Below are positions 29,480 to 39,172 of a DNA stretch of 64,000 nucleotides, one piece after another. The stretch is from a virus. Lineage: Duplodnaviria > Caudoviricetes. Location: IMG/VR virus record IMGVR_UViG_3300010163_000001, positions 32,001-96,000 of that record. One strand, 5' to 3'. Made by a program: the position numbers and the translations under genes. The first letter of the stretch is position 1, and each line of letters opens with the position of its first letter. The notes beneath the pieces are model-generated. The model saw only the letters and a program-made list of their open reading frames with translations, ran no database searches and had not been told where the DNA came from.

Positions 29480-30055
29480 ATGAATGATTTAAATAGATTT
29501 ATTAACTATTGCGATAATCAAGCAATTGCACAAGAGGGTTTCTTTACTAAATTAAAAGAAAAATTTAGTAAAAAATCAGATTCAACATCTTCATCTTCAA
29601 CACCATCTTCTTATGTATGGTATAATGGTGTTTCGGGATATGACCCAATTTATAATGATAAAGAAAAAAGGATAGAACTCGTTAAAAAAGCACTTCAAAT
29701 AGCAAATTCTTTAAGAAAAAATACTATTTTTAAAGAAAATGGTAATGGGATAGATTTATTTAAAAATACAAAAGATCTTTTAAATGGAAGTGAATATGAT
29801 ACTGAAAGATATTATGAATTCATTGAAGGAAAAAATAATGCTTGTGTTATAGGATCGTATTTTCAATGGGATTATGCAAAAACTGTAAATCAAAATGCAA
29901 GGGAACTTTATAGCAATGGGCCTACGCCAGTAGACGAATTTATTTATGACCAATTAAAACCTAAAATACAAAAATCTTTAAAAGGTGTATATGTTACTGG
30001 TGAAGGCGGAGATTGGGATGATGGCCCAATTGAATTAGTTATTGAGAGGTGGTGA
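29480..30055 (+). CDS. Putative head-packaged protein with FxxYCD...EG propeptide
   Basis: MNDLNRFINYCDNQAIAQEG; AAC-N7-TAA at 29441-29453. Confidence 0.65.
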   Translation: MNDLNRFINYCDNQAIAQEGFFTKLKEKFSKKSDSTSSSSTPSSYVWYNGVSGYDPIYNDKEKRIELVKKALQIANSLRKNTIFKENGNGIDLFKNTKDLLNGSEYDTERYYEFIEGKNNACVIGSYFQWDYAKTVNQNARELYSNGPTPVDEFIYDQLKPKIQKSLKGVYVTGEGGDWDDGPIELVIERW

Positions 30056-30534
30056 TTCATTTGAATAATAATTATGCAATTGAATCATTTATTTCGTATT
30101 GTGATGATATGATGATTGTGACAGAGGGATTTAAAGAAGAACTTGAAAAGGTAAAAGCTTGGTTAATAAAGCAGTTTAACAGAATACTTGATTGGCTCTA
30201 TAAAGCTGTATCTAAAATGAAAGATACCCATTTTAAAGTAGAACGAAATAACTGGAAAATCAAACTTATGAATATGATTAAAAGAGCCAAGTTAGGGCTT
30301 TCTAAATCTAAATCTCTTAATAATCAGAATCCAGAATTAGCTAACAAGCTAAAACAAGAAGTGGAAGATTTGGATAAAGAGATAAAAGAATTGGATCAAA
30401 ATCCAGCATTTCGTGCTATGAAAAATGGTGCAAAAAAAGCACTTGGTATTTACAAAGAAACTAAACGTGAAGCAAATCATAAAACCTACGATATCAATAT
30501 TAACTTTAATAAAAACAAAAAAACGGATTCCTAA
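30049..30534 (+). CDS. Putative head-packaged protein with FxxYCD...EG propeptide (start may be TTG 30061)
   Basis: NNYAIESFISYCDDMMIVTEG followed by an amphipathic helix. Confidence 0.65.
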   Translation: MVIHLNNNYAIESFISYCDDMMIVTEGFKEELEKVKAWLIKQFNRILDWLYKAVSKMKDTHFKVERNNWKIKLMNMIKRAKLGLSKSKSLNNQNPELANKLKQEVEDLDKEIKELDQNPAFRAMKNGAKKALGIYKETKREANHKTYDININFNKNKKTDS

Positions 30535-30560
30535 AATGGAATCCGTTTTTAACAGGCCGC

Positions 30561-30758
30561 TTAATTGCGCTCGCGGTCTCTTCTCAATACTTCTTCAATG
30601 TCACGCTCGCGGATACGCCTGTCGATGAGGTTGATAAGCCTTTCCTCTTTCCTCTCCATGCCCCTGCAAACCAGCAGCGCAGTAACGGTTCTTGCTACGA
30701 AGAATACCACTCCCCAAACCGTTCCACATACTAATAATTTTCCAACTTTCTTAGCCAT
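30561..30758 (-). CDS. Small early membrane protein (cassette payload)
   Basis: One hydrophobic helix; visibly GC-richer; cassette leader upstream. Confidence 0.7.
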   Translation of the reverse strand: MAKKVGKLLVCGTVWGVVFFVARTVTALLVCRGMERKEERLINLIDRRIRERDIEEVLRRDRERN

Positions 30759-30814
30759 AACTTATTTCCTCCTTTTCGTATTTTCTTTCTTATAGCTATT
30801 AAAAGAATATATAA
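30751..30814 (-). repeat. Promoter-leader-RBS cassette, copy C
   Basis: TATATTCTTTTAATAGCTATAAGAAAGAAAATACGAAAAGGAGGAAATAAGTTATGGCTAA. Confidence 0.8.
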
Positions 30815-30863
30815 GTAAAGATAGTTAATTTCCGTTTATAAAACTACCAACTCTTTTATAAAG

Positions 30864-31766
30864 TTGGATAGAAAGGGGATAAAGAAAATAATGGAAATAG
30901 AAAAGACATATACATTTGAGGAAGTCAAGAAAAATATTATGTATTTTTCATCTGAATTAATAAATGAGTCATCAAATAGTTTTGTACTACTCCAATATGG
31001 ACCGTATCTAGTTTTAAATAAAATCGACTATTTTTACTCCAACCTCCCAAGTATTAAAAATGATATTTTAAAATTAATGGTATACGTAGGAAAATTGATA
31101 GATATATGCGAAGAAAGAAAACCAATAGGAAATATCAAAAAAGAAATTGTTTCGGTTGTGAAGAGTATAGAAAACTTTAAATATAAACATAGAGTTCATG
31201 AAATAGGAACTGATTTTATTGCAAATATACAGAAAGAGCAGTTAAAAAATAAAATATTAGAAAGTGCAATCTTAAATTTTGCTCCCATTGTATTATATAG
31301 CGGGACATTAAAACCACCAGAAACAACTGCATCTGATTATAATACAATAACACAATCGTATGAACCAGATTTTTCTGAATTAGATAGATTAATTGAAGAG
31401 TATGTTTTTGATAACATTGTTGGTATTATGAAAATGCCAGAAGCATTTATTAATATTGACTATTTATCTGAAATAGGAAGAAATTCTAATATTGGAAATA
31501 TTCCTATGGATTTTATTCATCTTCATCATGAAATGACTGCCGGTTTAAATATCGCTTCAGAATCTGAAAAAATTATTAAAATGTATTTTGTTTTAGTATA
31601 TTTAAGATATGTAGTTCGTAGTGATGGATGGAGGGATTTTTTTAATGATGTATTTAAAATAAATAATATCTATAACAAAATAAGTAAAGGAGAAAGGATA
31701 AATCTTCCAGTTGCCATGGAAGCGTTATCAAAAGTTTCTCCATCTAACCTTGCTATTCTGACATAG
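30864..31766 (+). CDS. Hypothetical protein (start may be ATG 30891)
   Basis: 300-aa ORF; AAC-N7-TAA at 30849-30861. Confidence 0.65.
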   Translation: MDRKGIKKIMEIEKTYTFEEVKKNIMYFSSELINESSNSFVLLQYGPYLVLNKIDYFYSNLPSIKNDILKLMVYVGKLIDICEERKPIGNIKKEIVSVVKSIENFKYKHRVHEIGTDFIANIQKEQLKNKILESAILNFAPIVLYSGTLKPPETTASDYNTITQSYEPDFSELDRLIEEYVFDNIVGIMKMPEAFINIDYLSEIGRNSNIGNIPMDFIHLHHEMTAGLNIASESEKIIKMYFVLVYLRYVVRSDGWRDFFNDVFKINNIYNKISKGERINLPVAMEALSKVSPSNLAILT

Positions 31767-31866
31767 CATGATAAAAAAAGTTGCGCTTTGGATAACAAAT
31801 AATGTATCCATTTTTCTTCAAAAACTCCTGTGATAAATGGTAGTTGGGAAACCCAACTACCATTTA

Positions 31867-33090
31867 TTAACCTCTTAATTGTACAATAGAAGATACACTA
31901 AAATAGTCTCCTTCTTTTGAAAATGAATGAGATGCATGAACTAATCTATATTTTCCATTATACTTTTTATAAGCAGACCCATTAATTGAGACGATAAAAA
32001 GTTTGTTTATTGTGAGCATATCAATATCTTCGTTCATTAATTGACAAGAAATTACTTTCTTTGATTCATTTAAAGTGTTTTTTACAGAAGTAGCATTTAA
32101 TGATCCGGTTCTAACACTTGTAACAGTTTTTGCTTTCTTATTTGTCTTTACAATTTTTCCTTTATTATTTACAGATACTGTGTTACTTCCATATGACTTC
32201 TTGATAAGTTCTGATTTGTCATCAAATGATAATTCAAATGCATTGATCACTCCATAATTATCTGTAGTATTCTCATATGCTCCTCCAGTTTGATTAGCCG
32301 GATCACCTTTTGACGCAGATGTGATATAAACCAATCTACTTTCTCCTGGTTCATATGCAGTACATTCTGGAGATTTATCTATGAGATACATTCTTTTAAT
32401 ACCAAAATACAAAATAGTGCCTTTTTTGTGAGGTTTACAATCATCACATACTTTTTTGATACAATCACAGAAGGGTAATGGTTCTATAACAAATTGATCG
32501 TATGACTTACTATTTGTTACCGGAGACATTAGAACCTTCTTAATATTAACTTTTTCCAATATATAACCTATTGCGTCTGTTAAATTTGATTTTCCTAATG
32601 GTCTATTATCTATAACAACATCATATTTTTTATAATAATGCTCATTGTAGAGTAACATAGAAAATGTTGTTAATTGTCCATATTGACTTTCTTTTGATTC
32701 TATTATTTCCTGAATTTCCTTTGTCAAATCAACTGGACTTGATCCTATAAATGCATGGAATGTTTTATTAAAGCACGTCTTAAAAGATATACCTTTAACA
32801 CTTGATATGTTAACAGTTTCTTTAAATTTCCCTTTCTGAAGAGCTAATTTTAATTTTAAGGTACTTCGAATGCTTGGATCTGTAATTTGTCTATAAATAC
32901 TATTTGGAATAGAAACATCTATTGTGAAATATGGAAAATAAAACTTTTCAAAATCCTCTACGATATTCATTCCTGTACATAATGTGGGTTCGATATCATA
33001 ATATTTTGTATTTTCACCTTTTCCATATTGTAAAGTGATTGTCTTTATCTTGTATTTATACAGAGATAATTTTACTTTTTCCAAATCCAT
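31867..33090 (-). CDS. Putative baseplate hub/tail protein
   Basis: C-term YNGKYRLVHASHSF typical of gp27/gpD-like hubs; AAC-N7-TAA at 33118-33130. Confidence 0.5.
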   Translation of the reverse strand: MDLEKVKLSLYKYKIKTITLQYGKGENTKYYDIEPTLCTGMNIVEDFEKFYFPYFTIDVSIPNSIYRQITDPSIRSTLKLKLALQKGKFKETVNISSVKGISFKTCFNKTFHAFIGSSPVDLTKEIQEIIESKESQYGQLTTFSMLLYNEHYYKKYDVVIDNRPLGKSNLTDAIGYILEKVNIKKVLMSPVTNSKSYDQFVIEPLPFCDCIKKVCDDCKPHKKGTILYFGIKRMYLIDKSPECTAYEPGESRLVYITSASKGDPANQTGGAYENTTDNYGVINAFELSFDDKSELIKKSYGSNTVSVNNKGKIVKTNKKAKTVTSVRTGSLNATSVKNTLNESKKVISCQLMNEDIDMLTINKLFIVSINGSAYKKYNGKYRLVHASHSFSKEGDYFSVSSIVQLRG

Positions 33091-33282
33091 ATTTTTTCAC
33101 CTCTATTCACGATTTTATTATAGGTAGGTTGAGTTTTATTCGATTTTTAATAGAAATTTATTAACTGATATATTATTAATCTGGAATAAAATATAATTAT
33201 TCCATAAATAATTATATAAGGATTATACTTAATAATCCTAAAAAATCCGTTAAAATAAGTTTTATTAAAAGGAGGATTAAAA

Positions 33283-33954
33283 ATGGCAGAACAAAACACT
33301 ACTTCTACCCCAACAGGTGGACAACAAAACAATGGATTATCAAAAGAGATAATTGAACAGCTTAAAAAGATGGCCGTGACAGCACATAATTTATGGGGAC
33401 TTCCTCCATGTGCAAGTGAATGGATTCTTACCGCGGACCAAATCAAGAAAATCGTAAGACAACAGGCGGAAGCATTCTTGGATGACATCAAGTATATTAC
33501 GTTGGAAGGTAATTCAAGAAGTGGCGCAATTGATGTTTATGTTTGGGTTCCGAAGAACAGCAGAAACGTAATGGATAATACTTTGAAAGAGAGTGGCTCT
33601 GCAATTTCAAAACCCATGAGAAGGTTTTCTTCAAAGATGAAAGAATTCATGGGAAAATATTGTAATAAGAATGAGCAGAGATTGATAACAGATGCAAACG
33701 GCGGTCCAAATGTCGGAATCAAAATTCAATGCGATACTGCATTAAAAATCTTCTTTGATGAAAATGGTACAAATTACCAAAAAGTTTACAAAGAAAAAGG
33801 TCACCGGAAAATGGTTCTCTTATTTAAAGCAACCTTGAAAGAGAAAGACAATGACCATACCTACAGTGAAGTAGTTGCATTGAAGGTGAGAAAAGGATTC
33901 CAGAATGACAGTATGGGAGAACCGAAAGCACAAAGATCATATAATGCAAGATAA
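33283..33954 (+). CDS. Hypothetical early protein
   Basis: AGGAGG RBS; ATATATTAT at 33168-33176. Confidence 0.75.
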   Translation: MAEQNTTSTPTGGQQNNGLSKEIIEQLKKMAVTAHNLWGLPPCASEWILTADQIKKIVRQQAEAFLDDIKYITLEGNSRSGAIDVYVWVPKNSRNVMDNTLKESGSAISKPMRRFSSKMKEFMGKYCNKNEQRLITDANGGPNVGIKIQCDTALKIFFDENGTNYQKVYKEKGHRKMVLLFKATLKEKDNDHTYSEVVALKVRKGFQNDSMGEPKAQRSYNAR

Positions 33955-34009
33955 TTAAAAACGAGGGCATTGGCGAATTGTCAATGCCCTCTTTATCTTT
34001 ATATATAAG

Positions 34010-35128
34010 GTGGTGATTTTTTATATGGATAGTCATTTCAATGGATATAAAGCAAGATATGAGATTTTGAATAAATACATGATTCCAATATGTAATTCAC
34101 AGATAGTATCTTCCATAAATATTTTCATTAATTTAGACGATTTGTTTCATGTGTTACATAATCCCCTAATTAATGATGAATTTCAAGTTTGTGGAAAAGA
34201 TGCACCGAAACAATTAATCTCAAATATATTTAATCTCATTGGTCATTATAGGTACTGGGCAATTAAAAATCATTATTCTTGTAAAGTTTATGCGATTTAT
34301 ACTTCCACAATACGAAGTTTCAAGAATAATGTTTACATCCCTTCTTATAGAGAACATTTTAAGAAAATTAACGCGATGGAATACACAAGTTGTTACTTTG
34401 TAAATAATGCAATTCAATTAGCATCCCCATTACTTGCTATCATAAGCAAGTATATACCAGACATTTATATTATAGATTCAAAATATTTAGAGCCAAGTAT
34501 GATTCCCTTCTATATATCAAGTAATGTTCATAAAGCAGATTGGAATCTTATGGTATCTAGAGATTCCTACGATTTGCAATATGCGTATAGAAATAGATGG
34601 AGTTTACTAACTCCAAAAGGAGATAATAGTAAAGTAATCAACCAGCATGGTATATGGAACTATGTAAATGAAAAAGAACATGTTTTTAAGGAAGAAGTTG
34701 ATTTGAAATATCCATACGAATTATTTATCTTATCAAAAGCAGTTGTCGGTGATCGATATCGTTCCATTCCCAGATTAAGAAGGATTGGATGGAAGACTTT
34801 ATTTAAGATGCTTGATCAAGTAATAAAAGAAAATGAGGGAGCCGGGGAAACTACATTAAAATTAAAACTGATAGAAAAGATTAAAGGAAGATCATCTTTA
34901 ACAAATAATATGATTAATGACAATCTGAATGCAATTAATATGGAATTACAAGAAGAATCTATGATGAATATTGATAAAGCATTGATCAATGATCAAATTA
35001 TAGATGTTCCGGATTATAATAACTTACAAGAGATGAATCGTACTAGATTTTTAGAATATCCATTAAACTTACAATTCTTATGTAATACAAAAGCAACAAA
35101 TGAACCAAAATCCCCATTTGATATTTAA
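34010..35128 (+). CDS. 5'-3' exonuclease / flap-endonuclease-like protein
   Basis: VSRD, H3TH-like VGDRYRSIPRLRRIGWKT. Confidence 0.65.
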   Translation: MVIFYMDSHFNGYKARYEILNKYMIPICNSQIVSSINIFINLDDLFHVLHNPLINDEFQVCGKDAPKQLISNIFNLIGHYRYWAIKNHYSCKVYAIYTSTIRSFKNNVYIPSYREHFKKINAMEYTSCYFVNNAIQLASPLLAIISKYIPDIYIIDSKYLEPSMIPFYISSNVHKADWNLMVSRDSYDLQYAYRNRWSLLTPKGDNSKVINQHGIWNYVNEKEHVFKEEVDLKYPYELFILSKAVVGDRYRSIPRLRRIGWKTLFKMLDQVIKENEGAGETTLKLKLIEKIKGRSSLTNNMINDNLNAINMELQEESMMNIDKALINDQIIDVPDYNNLQEMNRTRFLEYPLNLQFLCNTKATNEPKSPFDI

Positions 35129-35166
35129 TGGGGATTCTTTTTTTATAAGTTTTATGAAATGGGTGT

Positions 35167-35607
35167 ATGATAATGTCGGAAGAGTTTTCAAAAAAGATGA
35201 ATAAACGAGAAGTTCTCAAATATCTAAATGCTTTTTCAAAAGAATATCCAAAAGATCGTTGGTGAGTATCTTATAAAGCTGCATTAGTTTTGTATGGGGT
35301 ATTTGAAGAAACAAATGATATTGATATTTATGTTTATGATGATCTATGCCACCAACTAATAAAAAGATATCCGTATGTTATTGCTCCATATGACAATGCT
35401 CTTCGAATTACAATTAATGATAGACTAGAAGCTTTTTCTTATAATGGGGAGCCACAAACTTTTACTATAATAAACGGATTTCAAGTAGATTCTATAGATA
35501 ATATTTTTAATTATTATAAAATAATGAATCGATCAAAAGATCAAAAAACTCTAGAAAAAATTAGGCAATATCAAAATCATAACAAATTAAAAGAAAGGAG
35601 ATACTAA
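35167..35607 (+). pseudogene. Small nucleotidyltransferase-like gene interrupted by an in-frame TGA
   Basis: ...MNKREVLKYL...KDRW*VSYKAALVLYGVFEETNDIDI; TGA at 35263-35265. Confidence 0.6.
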
Positions 35608-35608
35608 A

Positions 35609-35950
35609 ATGGCTTATTCCACAATAAGTGATTTACAAAGATACTTTGAAAACACTCCGGAAGAATACTCTTTTGCTATGGAGAAATTGACTGCAGAACA
35701 AAAGAGAAATCTTCCAGATGATTGTTTCGGATTACCAGAAAAGAGAAAATACCCATTGATTGTAAAAGGTGATGGAAATGATTGGACACACTTAAAAAAT
35801 GCTATTGCATACTTTAATACGTGTAAAGATGAAGAGGACAAAAAAATTCTTGCTGAGAATATTGCAAGGGTCATAAGAGAAAATAATGTGCAAGTAAAAA
35901 TATCTCCAAATGCTAAGATACGAAATTATGCAGACTTTGAGGGATTGTAA
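35609..35950 (+). CDS. DUF6582-like small protein with AME site
   Basis: LPDDCFGLPEKRKYPL...HLKNAIAYF. Confidence 0.6.
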   Translation: MAYSTISDLQRYFENTPEEYSFAMEKLTAEQKRNLPDDCFGLPEKRKYPLIVKGDGNDWTHLKNAIAYFNTCKDEEDKKILAENIARVIRENNVQVKISPNAKIRNYADFEGL

Positions 35951-35968
35951 AATAATGGGAAGACCAAT

Positions 35969-36346
35969 TTAGTTGGTCTTCCCATTATTAATTCCCACTG
36001 TTAAATCAATAAATAATCTCTGGCACCTATTTGAAAAATCATTCACTACTGATTCATTCTCAAATGGAAGTTGAATAGGTTTATAATTTTCTATTTTGGT
36101 AATAAACTCACTAATCAAGCCACAAACCTCATCAATTATTTCATTCCGATTTTTAATTTCGCTAATAACGGGAGCTTTTAATTTTGTATTCCCAATTCCT
36201 TCCAAATTTTTTTGAGAAGAGATCTTTCCATTGTGAGTTGGTGTAATAAATACTTGGTCAACTTCTTGAGGACCATCTCTCAAGGCGACTTTTAATACAG
36301 GATGACATAATTTTCCAATTTCAATTAAGTTTAAAGCTATTGTCAT
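35969..36346 (-). CDS. Hypothetical early protein
   Basis: AGGAGG RBS; ATATATTAT at 36371-36379. Confidence 0.7.
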   Translation of the reverse strand: MTIALNLIEIGKLCHPVLKVALRDGPQEVDQVFITPTHNGKISSQKNLEGIGNTKLKAPVISEIKNRNEIIDEVCGLISEFITKIENYKPIQLPFENESVVNDFSNRCQRLFIDLTVGINNGKTN

Positions 36347-36476
36347 AATTCATACCTCCTATCTATTAAAATAATATATAGATAAAAAATCAATCCTTTA
36401 TAATATAAAATTTAGTTTTTATTATATTTTGTACCTTTACATAAGTAAAATTATATATAAAGGAGGTTTGATAAAT

Positions 36477-36602
36477 ATGAATGGAGAAAATCTATTAGAA
36501 AAAATTGACGAAAGCATTAATTCTCTATTAAAGAAACTTTTCAAAGTATTAGGTGTTGTATTTGTTATAATTTTAATTATGAGAGGAGTGAATATTTTAT
36601 GA
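36477..36602 (+). CDS. Small membrane protein (41 aa, below ORF-track cutoff)
   Basis: AGGAGG RBS; MNGENLLEK...VLGVVFVIILIMRGVNIL. Confidence 0.55.
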   Translation: MNGENLLEKIDESINSLLKKLFKVLGVVFVIILIMRGVNIL

Positions 36603-36754
36603 AGAAATATAAACTCATTTGGTATGATATAGATGAAGCAAAACAAACTGACTTCATTGAAGCTGAAAATGAAGAAGATGCTAGAAAAAAAGGATATTCA
36701 AAATATAATGGAAATCCCCCTGCTAAAATGTTATCTATTGTAGAGGAGGAATAA
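36599..36754 (+). CDS. Small hypothetical protein (51 aa)
   Basis: GAGGAG RBS, ATGA overlap; IEAENEEDARKK. Confidence 0.6.
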   Translation: MKKYKLIWYDIDEAKQTDFIEAENEEDARKKGYSKYNGNPPAKMLSIVEEE

Positions 36755-36756
36755 GT

Positions 36757-37140
36757 ATGTTATTAAATGAAATTATAAATATTTCATGGATCATAATCCT
36801 GATAACAATTGCAATTCTTACAATAATTTTTGTATCTACAAAGTACTTTCTTCCTGTTTATAAGATGAAGATATCAGAAGTTTCATTTCTTGAATTATTA
36901 CAGGCGTTAAATGCAATTGTACAGACAGAACTGGATATATGGGAAAATAATGTTTTTGAAGATAAAGGAGCTTTGACGAATAGTAACTTTGAAAATTATT
37001 ATGATGAAATTTCAGTCCATATTATCAAATCATTGTCTCCAACTTTCTTTCTTAATATCGGAAAATATTTATCAGAGGATGCAGTAGTATCTATTATTGG
37101 AAGAAAAGTTAGAGAATATTTAGTAAGCAAAATAAAATAA
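36757..37140 (+). CDS. Membrane-anchored hypothetical protein
   Basis: N-terminal transmembrane helix. Confidence 0.65.
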   Translation: MLLNEIINISWIIILITIAILTIIFVSTKYFLPVYKMKISEVSFLELLQALNAIVQTELDIWENNVFEDKGALTNSNFENYYDEISVHIIKSLSPTFFLNIGKYLSEDAVVSIIGRKVREYLVSKIK

Positions 37141-37183
37141 AAAAAGGGACGCTCATAATCAGCGAGCGTCCCATGTTTGATTC

Positions 37184-38419
37184 CTAGTTAAAATTATTAC
37201 ATTTAGACGATAATACCGCTTGTGTAAACATTTCAATAGGTGCATTATTATACATTCCAATTTTTTTCAGAATTATTCGTTCTGGAGTCCCATTCATCAT
37301 GTCCAATGCTTCTTGAACGGTTCTATTCCCATCCAATCCTGCCTTAAATACAATTCCTTTGTAGGGATGATTTTGTAATAGTTTACCGATTGGCTTTACA
37401 TCACACCCATAAATATGCTTATAAAGGTTTCTCGCTGAATCTAATATTCTTTTAGAAGAATATAAAAATTCTGTAACCTTGTAGTCATAGTACTTTAAGA
37501 TATGTGCACATTCTGGATGATCTTCGCATATCATAGGAATACGTATTTTGTTTTCATATATCAGTTTGATCAGCCTTTCTACTGCTTTTGTACTTTTTAA
37601 ATCCATAATATGATGTAAAATTAAGTAGATGCTAGATTTTACTTTTATCCTATGATATTGTGCATCTACTACTACAAACCCCTCGTTATTACAATGGGCA
37701 ATTTTTCCATCGTAAGTTGTGTTTAGTTTCTCTACCTGAGAGATACATTCATTTAGATTTGTAAGAGGATGTTTTGTTACAATACTCATTCCTATATCCT
37801 CGTTAATCTCTTTTCCGGTGCGAATATTTCTTGTACCAATATGAATTAAATCATAGACATCATATTTTATTACAACAGTTGTCTCTGGAGATATTAACTC
37901 GAAGATATAGGTTAAATCTTTATTAAGCAACCCATCTCTAATTAACTCGTTTATATGATCTATTGTCTCACATTTATCAATTATTGTCTGAAAACTAATA
38001 TCGCTGTCTTGACGAATATAAGCATCTTTCGCATAAATCATTCCGGATGTTGCCCATTCCCATTTACCATGATATTCATCCCACCATAACTTCATCATGG
38101 AACCATCAATCTTACTCTGTACACTTGCAGTTGACCAGTCAATTTGATCTGCATATGGTTCATCGTATCTCCCAAATTTATTAAATGCCCAGCAGGCAAC
38201 ATCTCTTGTTTTTTCATTAATAATAATTCCTCTAGCTTCTTTAACTACTGGGTCATTAAAATTTGCACCTATTCCATAATATAATAATACATATGGATTA
38301 TTCGGATCATCTTCCCGAACATCTTTTATGGTGATATCTGGATACTTAGAAGCCATGAAATTTCTCCAATCATTTCCATGCTCTTCCATTAAATTACATA
38401 TAAGTGATGCTTTTGTCAT
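37184..38419 (-). CDS. T4 Rnl1-type RNA ligase
   Basis: EARGII, FNKF, KIDGS (motif I), FELISP, EGFVV, RIKVKS. Confidence 0.85.
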   Translation of the reverse strand: MTKASLICNLMEEHGNDWRNFMASKYPDITIKDVREDDPNNPYVLLYYGIGANFNDPVVKEARGIIINEKTRDVACWAFNKFGRYDEPYADQIDWSTASVQSKIDGSMMKLWWDEYHGKWEWATSGMIYAKDAYIRQDSDISFQTIIDKCETIDHINELIRDGLLNKDLTYIFELISPETTVVIKYDVYDLIHIGTRNIRTGKEINEDIGMSIVTKHPLTNLNECISQVEKLNTTYDGKIAHCNNEGFVVVDAQYHRIKVKSSIYLILHHIMDLKSTKAVERLIKLIYENKIRIPMICEDHPECAHILKYYDYKVTEFLYSSKRILDSARNLYKHIYGCDVKPIGKLLQNHPYKGIVFKAGLDGNRTVQEALDMMNGTPERIILKKIGMYNNAPIEMFTQAVLSSKCNNFN

Positions 38420-38442
38420 TATTCTTCAATCTCCTTTTTATT

Positions 38443-39156
38443 TTACCATAAGGTATCAATGTTTTTTATCTTCCATTTTCGTATTTCACTATAGCACAGA
38501 TTTTCTATTTCACGCTTCCTCGTGTCTATCTCGTCTTCCGATAGTTTTTCGAAAAAGTCTGGATATTCAAAATACAAAAACGTGAATGCGTCTCTAGAAG
38601 ACTCTGGTTCTTTAAATATCTCGTAAATGGGGTCATCTTTCATTTTTACATAATTATTAATCATATGATGTGTGATTTTTCCACTACGAGTTATAATAAT
38701 TTTATGCGCATACCCGAATTCCAAGGACGGATAATCTGTAACTAATGTATCAATATTATCCTCTGTATAAACTTCTATCTTTTTACAATTTATACCATTC
38801 ATTATAAATAATTCATCATTTTCCTTCTTAAAATAAGTTGTAATATTACTAGCTAATCTTTTTGATTTAATCAGTCCCTCACTATACATACGATTTGCAC
38901 TATCGACAATAATATAAAGGTCATTATCTTCATTATTTATAACAGAACTATCTCCAATATATACGGAAATAATATCTTCCCCTTTATTATGAACTGTACT
39001 TCGAACAGTTCTTCTTAAAATATTATCGATAGCTCCATTCTTACACTCTTCAAGGGTATACCAATATACTGCCTTTCCGTCTAATATAAAATCAAGCTTA
39101 TATGATTGATCAACCCCTAAAGATAATAGTAGATTTAATAATCCAACAACTGTCAT
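38443..39156 (-). CDS. Hypothetical protein, paralogue of 39173-39892
   Basis: Start MTVVGLLNLL after AAGGAG; shares N- and C-terminal motifs with its neighbour. Confidence 0.7.
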   Translation of the reverse strand: MTVVGLLNLLLSLGVDQSYKLDFILDGKAVYWYTLEECKNGAIDNILRRTVRSTVHNKGEDIISVYIGDSSVINNEDNDLYIIVDSANRMYSEGLIKSKRLASNITTYFKKENDELFIMNGINCKKIEVYTEDNIDTLVTDYPSLEFGYAHKIIITRSGKITHHMINNYVKMKDDPIYEIFKEPESSRDAFTFLYFEYPDFFEKLSEDEIDTRKREIENLCYSEIRKWKIKNIDTLW

Positions 39157-39172
39157 TATGTTTCTCCTTTCG

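Noticed and set aside
35263-35265. Genome-wide TGA or TAG stop-codon recoding
   Set aside because: Long conserved genes are uninterrupted in the standard code, and TGA is a true stop in overlaps (22062, 51177)
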